Made by a program: the position numbers and the translations under genes. The notes under the pieces are model-generated. The model saw only the letters and a list, made by a program, of their open reading frames with translations. It was not told the DNA's origin and ran no database searches. From a virus (Duplodnaviria > Caudoviricetes), in IMG/VR virus record IMGVR_UViG_3300021335_001271, positions 1 to 61,244 of that record: 61,244 bases of DNA; one strand, written 5' to 3'. Positions 8,693-17,100 of the stretch are shown piece after piece (the stretch's first letter is position 1; every line of letters starts with the position of its first letter).

Positions 8693-9139
8693 ATGAGTTA
8701 CTATAGCACAAAAACATATGGGCACAACATTGGATTGAGTGCCTGCTTTAGACAACCTAAAGCACATAGCCATTGCAGATTCTTACACGGATATAGTTTG
8801 CAATTTAGATTTACATTTGCAGCAAATGAACTAGACGAAAAGAACTGGGTAGTTGACTTTGGTGGTTTGAAGCCGCTTAAAGCATGGCTAGAAGACATGT
8901 TCGATCACAAAGTTGTATTGGATGCAGATGATCCAGAAATGGCGACATTTGAATTACTACAAGACAAAGGACTAGCAGAACTTACAATTTTGGACGGTGT
9001 AGGTGTAGAACGTTTTGCATATCATGCTTGGGAACAAGCAGATGAACTAGTGCAAGAAATGACCAACGGTCGTTGTCGTTGTGTTGAAGTAGAATGTGCT
9101 GAGCATGGAGCAAACAGTGCAATCTACAAAGCAGACTAA
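8693..9139 (+). CDS. queD: 6-carboxy-5,6,7,8-tetrahydropterin synthase
   Basis: HCRFLHGY, WVVDFG.LK, FDH and C-terminal EH..NSA motifs of the PTPS/QueD family. Confidence 0.9.
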   Translation: MSYYSTKTYGHNIGLSACFRQPKAHSHCRFLHGYSLQFRFTFAANELDEKNWVVDFGGLKPLKAWLEDMFDHKVVLDADDPEMATFELLQDKGLAELTILDGVGVERFAYHAWEQADELVQEMTNGRCRCVEVECAEHGANSAIYKAD

Positions 9140-9833
9140 TTACGTAGCATGTCTTAAATGGGGCGACAAATACAGCCCCGAGTATGTCAATAAACTCAAC
9201 AGTATGGTGCGAAAGCATTGTACTGTTGATTACGAGTTTATTTGCTTTACAGAAAACAAACAAGGATTAGACAAAGATATAAACGTATTGCCATTGCCAA
9301 AGTTACGAACGCAAGGCTGGTGGTTTAAACCAATGTTTTTAGGCAGCGACTTAGGAATACAAGGCACATTATTGTTCTTAGACTTAGACGTAATTGTTTT
9401 CAATAACATAAACAAGTTGTTCAAATATGAACCTAACAAATTTTTAATATGTAGAGACTTTAATCGTAGTGTAAGACATAATTGGGATAGAATGAATAGC
9501 AGTGTGTTTAGAACTACTATTGGAAAATATGATGCAAAATGGCAAAGATTTAAAAAAAATGTTGCTCACGAAACAGCTAAATTCCGTGGAGATCAAGACT
9601 GGATGTTTGCAAACATACGTGATCACACATTTTGGCCAGATGATTGGATACAGAGTTACAAGTGGGAAATGCGTGACAGACGTGAATTAAAAATTGATAC
9701 CCATACTCGGAAAAGAAACTTTGTAACAGATTCACCTCCAAATATAAAAAAGGATACTTGTATTGCAGTATTTCACGGAGAACCAAATCCAGCTGATGCA
9801 AATGATAGTTGGGTAAAGGCAAATTGGATTTGA
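9117..9833 (+). CDS. GT-A fold glycosyltransferase (GT8-like)
   Basis: CLKWGDKY..EYV, LDLD (DxD), NSSV, GDQDW, FHG.P.P. GTG start with SD GGAG, overlapping the queD end. Confidence 0.8.
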   Translation: MQSTKQTNYVACLKWGDKYSPEYVNKLNSMVRKHCTVDYEFICFTENKQGLDKDINVLPLPKLRTQGWWFKPMFLGSDLGIQGTLLFLDLDVIVFNNINKLFKYEPNKFLICRDFNRSVRHNWDRMNSSVFRTTIGKYDAKWQRFKKNVAHETAKFRGDQDWMFANIRDHTFWPDDWIQSYKWEMRDRRELKIDTHTRKRNFVTDSPPNIKKDTCIAVFHGEPNPADANDSWVKANWI

Positions 9834-9858
9834 CAAGCCTTAACTTTTGTGTTATAGT
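9830..9858 (+). promoter_or_regulatory. Sigma70-type promoter
   Basis: TTGACA, N17, TATAGT with extended TG. Confidence 0.75.
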
Positions 9859-9887
9859 TATTGCATAGGCACAAAGAAAGGCACAAG

Positions 9888-10793
9888 ATGACACAGTTTA
9901 AACAATATCTATCGCAGGTAGAATCACATTGTGAAGCATTAACTGGTAAAACAGCAACTCACAATCCTAAAGCAATCAAAGACCTTAAACGCAATCTAAC
10001 GTTGGCACTTTTTGAAAGTGGTAAGACTGTAGAAGAATATCTTGATGCTTACACAAAAGATAAAATCATTGATCCTTCTTTTGTATTTAAAAATGGTGTA
10101 ACATGGAAAGATTATGTTTCATCAGATTGGCTTGATTTTTGTAGTGTAATGTTTGAATTGCGTCCTGTAGGTCTTGGAACACCTAACGCAATGGTAGGAG
10201 AAGCAGAATTTATGCTTGTTTTTGGTTCTCCTCGGGTAGGAATCAGTAAAGTTAAAAATACCGGAGACGTAGTTGTAGATGGTAAAACTGTAGAACTTAA
10301 AGGTTCTGAGATGCGTATTATGGGCAATGTAAAAGGTAAAGAAGTACAAGCTCATGCAAAACGTATTGCTGAAAAATATAATTTCAAACCAAACGATTGT
10401 AATAGAGGAAGAACCGCATTTGAACCTTGGAGCAAAGAAGCTCATTGGCAAGCACAATTTGCAGCAGTAGGCAAAGAACAAGCAAAAAACTTTTTACAAG
10501 AATTGTGTTCAATGTTTATGTCGTGTGATGCAGAAGATTTTGATGTCTGTTTTACCGACGATATTTTTTCATCTGATATACTACTTGAAGTAATGGTAAA
10601 AGGTTTATGGGCAAATACAACAAAGTTGTGGGATTCTTATACTGTGATTGATAACGGAACAGTGTCTAGTTTAAACACTGAAAATAATCAGTTTGACAAA
10701 TTAGTAAATGAAGGTATAATAAAAGTATCCGGAAACTATTTTAGAAGTTTCCAAGACACAAATGTCGGTTTATACGTAACGATTGAGAAATAA
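9888..10793 (+). CDS. PD-(D/E)XK nuclease, putative restriction endonuclease
   Basis: GEAE...GDVVVDGKTVELKG catalytic-type motif; directly upstream of a DNA methyltransferase. Confidence 0.55.
   Translation: MTQFKQYLSQVESHCEALTGKTATHNPKAIKDLKRNLTLALFESGKTVEEYLDAYTKDKIIDPSFVFKNGVTWKDYVSSDWLDFCSVMFELRPVGLGTPNAMVGEAEFMLVFGSPRVGISKVKNTGDVVVDGKTVELKGSEMRIMGNVKGKEVQAHAKRIAEKYNFKPNDCNRGRTAFEPWSKEAHWQAQFAAVGKEQAKNFLQELCSMFMSCDAEDFDVCFTDDIFSSDILLEVMVKGLWANTTKLWDSYTVIDNGTVSSLNTENNQFDKLVNEGIIKVSGNYFRSFQDTNVGLYVTIEK
10693..10720 (+). promoter_or_regulatory. Internal consensus sigma70 promoter for the methyltransferase
   Basis: TTGACA (10693-98), N16, TATAAT (10715-20), inside the 3' end of the nuclease gene. 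Confidence 0.65.
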
Positions 10794-10794
10794 G

Positions 10795-11742
10795 ATGATA
10801 GATTTATACAACGCTGATTGCTTTGATATACTAAAAACACTAGACGATAACAGTGTAGATATGGTATGTGTTGATCCACCTTATGGAACAACTACTATTG
10901 CTTGGGACCAAACACTAGATTTTGAACGCATGTGGCAAGAGCTAGAACGCATTTGCAAACCAAAAGCAAATATTATTATTTTTGGTAGCCAGCCCTTTAC
11001 TAGTCTTGTTATTTGCAGCAAGATAAAATGGTTCAGACATGAACTTGTTTGGAACAAAAACAAGTGCGGATCTCCAGGACTAAGCAAATATCGTCCGCAA
11101 AAGGTACATGAAAATGTAATGATATTTTCAAAAGAAAGCGGCGGCACATATAATCCTATTATGGAAGAAGGTGATCCTTATAAACGTGAAAGTAAAGATC
11201 CAAACGGATATGGCAAAGGTATTAACAGTCATGGTTATGGCTTTAAAGAAAAGTTTATGGGCGGTACAAACTCTGGTACCCGATATCCAAAAAGTATCTT
11301 ACATGCAAGTAGAAATTTTAGCGCACAACAAACAGTGCATCCAACACAAAAACCTACAAACATTTTAAATTGGTTAATAATGACTTATAGTAATGTAGGA
11401 GACACTGTATTAGATTTTACTATGGGCGGAGGTGCTTGTGGTGTTAGTGCAAAACTTACAGGACGTAGCTTTATTGGTGTAGAAAAAGAAAAAAAGTATT
11501 TTGACATTGCTAAATTACGTATCGAACAAGCAGATGAAAATGTTGTAACAGAAAACGATCATCAACTTACCACTCAGATACATAAAGATATGAAGACTAC
11601 TCCAGATAAAAAATACGAAGGCGATTTGTTACAATCAATACGTAGTGCAACAGATGATAATAAAGACATTTCAGAAGTTGAAATTAAACCTAAAGACGAC
11701 GGTTCTCCGTTGGATCCTAGTCTGTTTGAAATTTCAGATTGA
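10795..11742 (+). CDS. DNA methyltransferase, N6-adenine/N4-cytosine, beta class
   Basis: DPPY (motif IV) precedes HPTQKP and VLDFTMGGG (motif I). Confidence 0.92.
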   Translation: MIDLYNADCFDILKTLDDNSVDMVCVDPPYGTTTIAWDQTLDFERMWQELERICKPKANIIIFGSQPFTSLVICSKIKWFRHELVWNKNKCGSPGLSKYRPQKVHENVMIFSKESGGTYNPIMEEGDPYKRESKDPNGYGKGINSHGYGFKEKFMGGTNSGTRYPKSILHASRNFSAQQTVHPTQKPTNILNWLIMTYSNVGDTVLDFTMGGGACGVSAKLTGRSFIGVEKEKKYFDIAKLRIEQADENVVTENDHQLTTQIHKDMKTTPDKKYEGDLLQSIRSATDDNKDISEVEIKPKDDGSPLDPSLFEISD

Positions 11743-11767
11743 CAAAACTAATAAAGTTTATTAGTAT
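11739..11767 (+). promoter_or_regulatory. Sigma70-type promoter
   Basis: TTGACA, N17, TAGTAT, with an overlapping TATAAT at 11765-70. Confidence 0.6.
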
Positions 11768-11773
11768 AATATT

Positions 11774-11938
11774 ATGATTAGAACATACATGATATACGCA
11801 GGTCTTACTTTTCTCGGTTACGAGTACGGTGAAACAGAAGAAGCAGTGTTGTTTAGAACTAGAGGCAAATATGGCCCACCTAGCAACTGGAATGTAAAAG
11901 AATACAAGGCAAAATTGATTGAATTGGAAACCGTATGA
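11774..11938 (+). CDS. Small hypothetical protein (54 aa), not in the ORF track
   Basis: MIRTYMIYAGLTFLGYEYGETEE...LETV*; fills the gap and its stop overlaps the uvsE start (ATGA). Confidence 0.6.
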   Translation: MIRTYMIYAGLTFLGYEYGETEEAVLFRTRGKYGPPSNWNVKEYKAKLIELETV

Positions 11939-13014
11939 ACGATCTTAAATTTACAAATGCAGGTGATTATTTGCGATCACAGCAGAAGCGTATGGGCTTT
12001 GCTTGTAAGTATCTGCATTACAATCAGAATCAACCTAAGAAACTTTTAGAAGAAATACAACGTCCACTTACGGAAAAGTGTACAACAGTTGCTTGGCTAA
12101 ATAGACAAACAAAGGATGTTGCAGAACAACGACTGTGGGATATCATGGTGCATAATGCAGCAGCAGCAAAAAGGTTAGTAGAGTATGTGGGAAGCCTTCC
12201 TCCAGAACTTCGTATGGTCCGATTGGGTAGCAATCAGCTTCCTTGTGCTACCGAGCCTAGCTGGCGCTATTTTTGGTCTCGTCCAGATGTGGTGGAGTAC
12301 TGCGAGAAGCACTACAGAGAAGTCGGTGACGCAGCCAGACGCTTGGATGTTAGGCTCTCAATGCACCCAGGACAATTTACAGTCCTTGCTTCGGATAACC
12401 CAGAAATCGTCGAAAGGAGCATAGAAGAATTTGAATATCACGCCACTCTCATCAGGTACATGGGCTACGGTAAACGTTTCCAAGACTTCAAGTGCAATGT
12501 CCACATATCAGGCAGACAAGGTCCAGCCGGTATCAAAAACGTCCTTGGCCGCCTCTCACCGGAAGCAAGAAACACTATTACAATCGAAAACGACGAAAAC
12601 AGTTGGGGACTCGACGCCAGCCTTGAGCTTGCAAACGATCTCGCTTTGGTGCTAGACATACACCACCATTGGGTGAAAACAGGAGAATATATTGAACCAG
12701 ATGACGAACGCATTGACCGTATTATCGATAGTTGGCGGGGTGAGCGTCCTGCTATGCATTACAGCACTAGCCGTGAAGATTACCTTACAGATGCTGACCC
12801 AAGTGTACGACCAGACATGGACACACTACTTGAATCCGGATATAAAAAACAAAAGTTGAGAGCACACAGTGACTATATGTGGAACACTGCCTGCAACGAG
12901 TGGGCATTAGAACATTGGCAGTGGGCAGACATTATGGTCGAGGCCAAGATGAAGAACTTGTCCACAGGACAACTTTACAGCATGACCGAAGAGTCAAAAC
13001 GTATGGCAGCATAA
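11935..13014 (+). CDS. uvsE: UV DNA damage endonuclease
   Basis: GFAC, RLSMHPGQF, IENDE, LDIHHH, AHSD and EAKMK motifs. Confidence 0.92.
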   Translation: MNDLKFTNAGDYLRSQQKRMGFACKYLHYNQNQPKKLLEEIQRPLTEKCTTVAWLNRQTKDVAEQRLWDIMVHNAAAAKRLVEYVGSLPPELRMVRLGSNQLPCATEPSWRYFWSRPDVVEYCEKHYREVGDAARRLDVRLSMHPGQFTVLASDNPEIVERSIEEFEYHATLIRYMGYGKRFQDFKCNVHISGRQGPAGIKNVLGRLSPEARNTITIENDENSWGLDASLELANDLALVLDIHHHWVKTGEYIEPDDERIDRIIDSWRGERPAMHYSTSREDYLTDADPSVRPDMDTLLESGYKKQKLRAHSDYMWNTACNEWALEHWQWADIMVEAKMKNLSTGQLYSMTEESKRMAA

Positions 13015-13021
13015 ATACATT

Positions 13022-13309
13022 ATGAATTTAGCAAAGATGTACGGAGCAAAGACTCCACAAGCGATTACAAAAGATAAAAATCCTAACCGTGTGCTAGGCG
13101 GATTAAAAGGTGCAGGTGTAAACAGCTTCACCATGCTTGGCGAGGACGAAACAGAAAAACAGATTCCAACTTATGCTTATGTACAAGCATTGGAAGAAAA
13201 AATCAAGCGTCTAGAACAAATGATGCTTGAGCAAGATAAACACATTAGGAGATTGAGAAATGATCAAAGATTGGATCGAGAATCGTTTAAAACAACGTTC
13301 AACCGTTGA
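13022..13309 (+). CDS. Hypothetical coiled-coil protein
   Basis: ORF after ATAAATA (13011-17); C-terminal heptads. Confidence 0.7.
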   Translation: MNLAKMYGAKTPQAITKDKNPNRVLGGLKGAGVNSFTMLGEDETEKQIPTYAYVQALEEKIKRLEQMMLEQDKHIRRLRNDQRLDRESFKTTFNR

Positions 13310-13421
13310 TGGAGTGCTTATGGTTGCAGCAGGAGCAGCAATCATTGTGTTCTCGCCACTAACAAAACTTATTGCATATGGTGCAATTGCATACGGTGCC
13401 TATACTATTTGGCGCAATTAA
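13260..13421 (+). CDS. Small 2-TM membrane protein (53 aa), not in the ORF track
   Basis: SD AGGAG; MIKDWIENRLKQRSTVDGVLMVAAGAAIIVFSPLTKLIAYGAIAYGAYTIWRN*. Confidence 0.7.
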   Translation: MIKDWIENRLKQRSTVDGVLMVAAGAAIIVFSPLTKLIAYGAIAYGAYTIWRN

Positions 13422-13705
13422 AGTTTGCTAATTGGTATATCGCTACTAGCTTTGATACTCCAAACTTTTTTAGCATTTACGCCACGTTGTTGGGCAAAAC
13501 GTTTTGCATCACAATTTTCACAAACATGGAAATAGTTGTTGTTTAGTCGTTTAGGATCCATGCTTCCTCGTGGGCGCACAAATTCAGTATCACAGTTATC
13601 ACAACGCAGCACAACCATTGTCTTTTTGCGACAATAGTTGTGTTGCTTTCCTAATTTGCTACGGCGCATATGCCAAGTATCAATCAAATATTCTTTTATA
13701 AACAT
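13418..13705 (-). CDS. Zinc-binding hypothetical protein
   Basis: CDNC...CENC; minus-strand TAAATA 5 nt upstream of the ATG. Confidence 0.7.
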   Translation of the reverse strand: MFIKEYLIDTWHMRRSKLGKQHNYCRKKTMVVLRCDNCDTEFVRPRGSMDPKRLNNNYFHVCENCDAKRFAQQRGVNAKKVWSIKASSDIPISKL

Positions 13706-13738
13706 AACTATATTTACATTAAGATTATAAAAACAACC

Positions 13739-13754
13739 GATAAATATTAGAAAG
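13739..13754 (+). promoter_or_regulatory. Late-type promoter (ATAAATA box)
   Basis: GATAAATATTAGAAAG recurs identically at 24335-24350. ATAAATA also occurs at 8299, 8654, 13011, 25838, 30482, 36455, 42426, 45715, 50731 and 54821, each just upstream of a gene start. Resembles the T4 gp55 TATAAATA box. Confidence 0.7.
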
Positions 13755-13761
13755 GAACACT

Positions 13762-14124
13762 ATGAGCATACTTACTTTAACACCAGAAGCAGAGAAACAA
13801 ATAGATCTTTTGAGCAAAGAGAACGATTGCTACGGCATTACTCTTAACATCAAAGGCGGCGGTTGTGCAGGTTTTGAGTACGATTGGGGTACTATTGCAA
13901 GCCCAACAGACTTAGAAGACGGTGACGAAGTTGTAAAAACCTCAAACGGATGTGCGTTTGTAGTAGGAGCTCATAGCCTTATGTTCTTAATAGGAACAGA
14001 AGTAGATTATGTAAAAAGTTTGGTAGGCGCAAACTTTGAAATACGCAATCCAAATGCTCAAAGTGCATGTGGTTGTGGTGTAAGTGTAAATTTTGATATG
14101 GACAGTTTAGTACCACAGTTTTAA
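13762..14124 (+). CDS. iscA: Fe-S cluster assembly accessory protein (HesB/IscA/SufA family)
   Basis: GGGCAG...NPNAQSACGCGVS. Confidence 0.92.
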   Translation: MSILTLTPEAEKQIDLLSKENDCYGITLNIKGGGCAGFEYDWGTIASPTDLEDGDEVVKTSNGCAFVVGAHSLMFLIGTEVDYVKSLVGANFEIRNPNAQSACGCGVSVNFDMDSLVPQF

Positions 14125-14135
14125 GGAAAAAATAA

Positions 14136-17100
14136 ATGGCAAGAAAAGAAATTGATATCGGTATTGAGGGTAACGACGGTACAGGCGATAGTATCCGTGA
14201 AAGTTTTCGTAAAGTAAATGACAACTTTCAAGAACTGTATGCTGTATTTGGACTAGGTGGTAGTATATCCTTTAAAAATATTGATGATACACCAGATAGT
14301 TATTTAGGTAATGCAGGCGGCATAGTTGCAGTCAATCAAACTGAAACCGGTATTGGTTTTTATAAATTTATAAGCGATGCATTAGATAACGCTGATACAA
14401 AATCTGCCAGTAGAATTAATAACAGTGTTGTTGTTGAATTTGATGATGTGGATCCTGCAACACCTGATCAAAGCGGAACAGTGAAAATTACAATACTAGA
14501 TCCGCATGTTGAAAGAGATCCTGATCCATCTTTTACAGCTTCTGTTGATTTTGGTGCAGTAGGTGCATATAATAATGCAACTAACACAAAACTAAGAAAT
14601 ACTAGTGGTACCGGAGATGATATAGATACATTAGTAACCCAATGGAATACCACACATTCTTTAAAAGATCCAATTACTGCTACAAATATCATTCCAAGCA
14701 TTGGTTACAATGATGATACATATGTAAATGTTTCTGGCGATACAATGACTGGTGCATTAGAAGTACCAGCAGGTGCAAGCGGCGCACAAGTTCCACGCAC
14801 AGAAGAAGTAATCACAAGAGCAGGCAGCGAAGAAAACAGACGTATGCTTGACACACTGTATTTGTCAGACCATCCAAATCCAATCGAAGGGTTTGGTACT
14901 CCAAATGGCAAAGACGATTTACAAGCTGTAACAAAACTTTATGTTGATACACAAGGTTATAGCAGTGCTACAAACATTTATGTCGCTACCACAGGTGATG
15001 ATAATCAATCAAGTACTCCAGCAGGACAAGAAGGTAGAGCACCTCAGTATGCATATAAAAGTATAAATGCTGCAATGGCTCGTGCCACAGAAATTATTGA
15101 ATCTACACCATACGAACCAGGACCATATGTACAAACAATCACGTATGACTTGCAATCTAAAAATACAACAATTAGCGCAGTAAGTGGATACACTGCATGG
15201 GGTGGTGGCATTGCCGCAGCAGCAAGTCCAATTGTTACACAAAACATCATAGGACTTCAAGAAGAAGTAGAAGAATATGTAGCAACAAATTTTCCTGATC
15301 TAGAATATAATGTTGATACTTGTAAAAGAGATATACAATTAATTATTGATAGTGTCAGACTTGATGTCCTAGCAGGACCAACTGTAAATTATCTTTCACG
15401 TTGGGCAGGACTTAGATACAATGCCAACCCAAGTGCTGTAAAGGCAAAAACAACACAATTAGATGCAACTGTTGGTAGTATCGGTCTTGTAAAAAGCAGA
15501 ATTTTATCTATCTTATCAGATGAATTAACAATTACCTCAGGTGATGCTGTTTATGATGCATATCAAGATAGATTTAATAATGTGTTAGATATTATACAAG
15601 GCACTACTGTAGATATAGAAAGCACTGGTACAGGATATGTATTTGATTTCTTAAATGGTACCTATGACAGTGTGGATCAAGGTATCGAAGGCAACAGTGA
15701 TTTACGTGAAGGTAAATTAATTGTAGGTAAATCAAGTGGTGCAAAAGGTATTATCACAGACTATCGTAGAACAGCAACAGGTACAACAGACAGTATTACA
15801 GTAGATCTAGTTGAACCAATTGAATTTGAAACAGGTGAAGAATTAGAATATGGTAACTTAACACGAAATAACCAAGTTACAGTGCGTGTAGAATCAGGCA
15901 TTTATTACGAACATCTTCCAATTAAATTGCCAGAGAACGTTAGTATCAAAGGTGATGAATTTAGAAGAGTTGTTTTAAGACCAAAACCTGGCGTGTCACA
16001 AAGTGTTTGGGCAAACACATATTTTTACAGAGATGCAGTAATTGATGACTTACCTGCTGCATATTCACCAATCAGCACCACAAGTGCAGTTGCAACTGAC
16101 GCAAGTAGAAGTAATACAGGTTCGCCATATACAATTACAAGTAGTCAGTGGTCATCAAATGGTGCAGGTATTGATGCAGAATTTGAAGTTGCAGTTGATG
16201 CAGTAGGTGCAACAACAGTTACAGTAACCAATGAAGGTGATGGATTTGTTGTAGGCGATACAATTACTATTGCTGACACTGCATTGGGTAGTGGTGGTGC
16301 AGCCGATGTAACATTTACTGTAACAGCAACAGGTGGCGGTACAACCTTTGTCCACCCAATCAGTGGCAAAAATGGTAAGTATGGTTATCACTATCTTGCT
16401 GATCCTAGTACACCAGTAAATGTAGGAAGTTTTGGTACAACGAATCCTGGTAACTTTGACCAGGCAGCAAGATTGATTGAATTCAACAAGTTCTTTATTA
16501 TTGAAGAAACAATTGAATACATTAATGCTACCTATCCTACATTGGTTTATGATCAAGGTAAATGTGAAAGAGACACTGGTTTAATTATTGACGGTATTAT
16601 CAGTGACTTGAAGTCCGGCGGTAGAGAAGCTACACTTACTAATCAAGGTGCTTACTATGAAGGTGCTGTTAGCGGACAAGAAACAGAAACAGCAGCAGCG
16701 ATTACAAATCTAAAAACCATTATCGAACACGTTTTGCTCAACGGCGATGTATCAAGCACATACACACCGTTGGGTACAGTTGATCAAATTACTGATGAAG
16801 ATTACACTGCCGAAGCAGACTCACTAACAAATGCACAACAACTTTGTGACTGTGTTGCATTTGCATTTAATGTTAGCTACAATCCTCCATTGAACAACAG
16901 TGAAATGGATGTTTTGTTGTGTAACGATGGTACAATTGTAAGAAACATCACAGTGCAGAGACACGGTGGCTTTATGATGGTGCTGGATCCAGAAGGACAG
17001 ATTCTTACAAGATCTCCTTATTGCCAAACTGGATCAAGTTTCTCACAATCAAAAGGCACACGTAGAAATTTTGCAGGTGGTCTGTTTATTGACGGTTATG

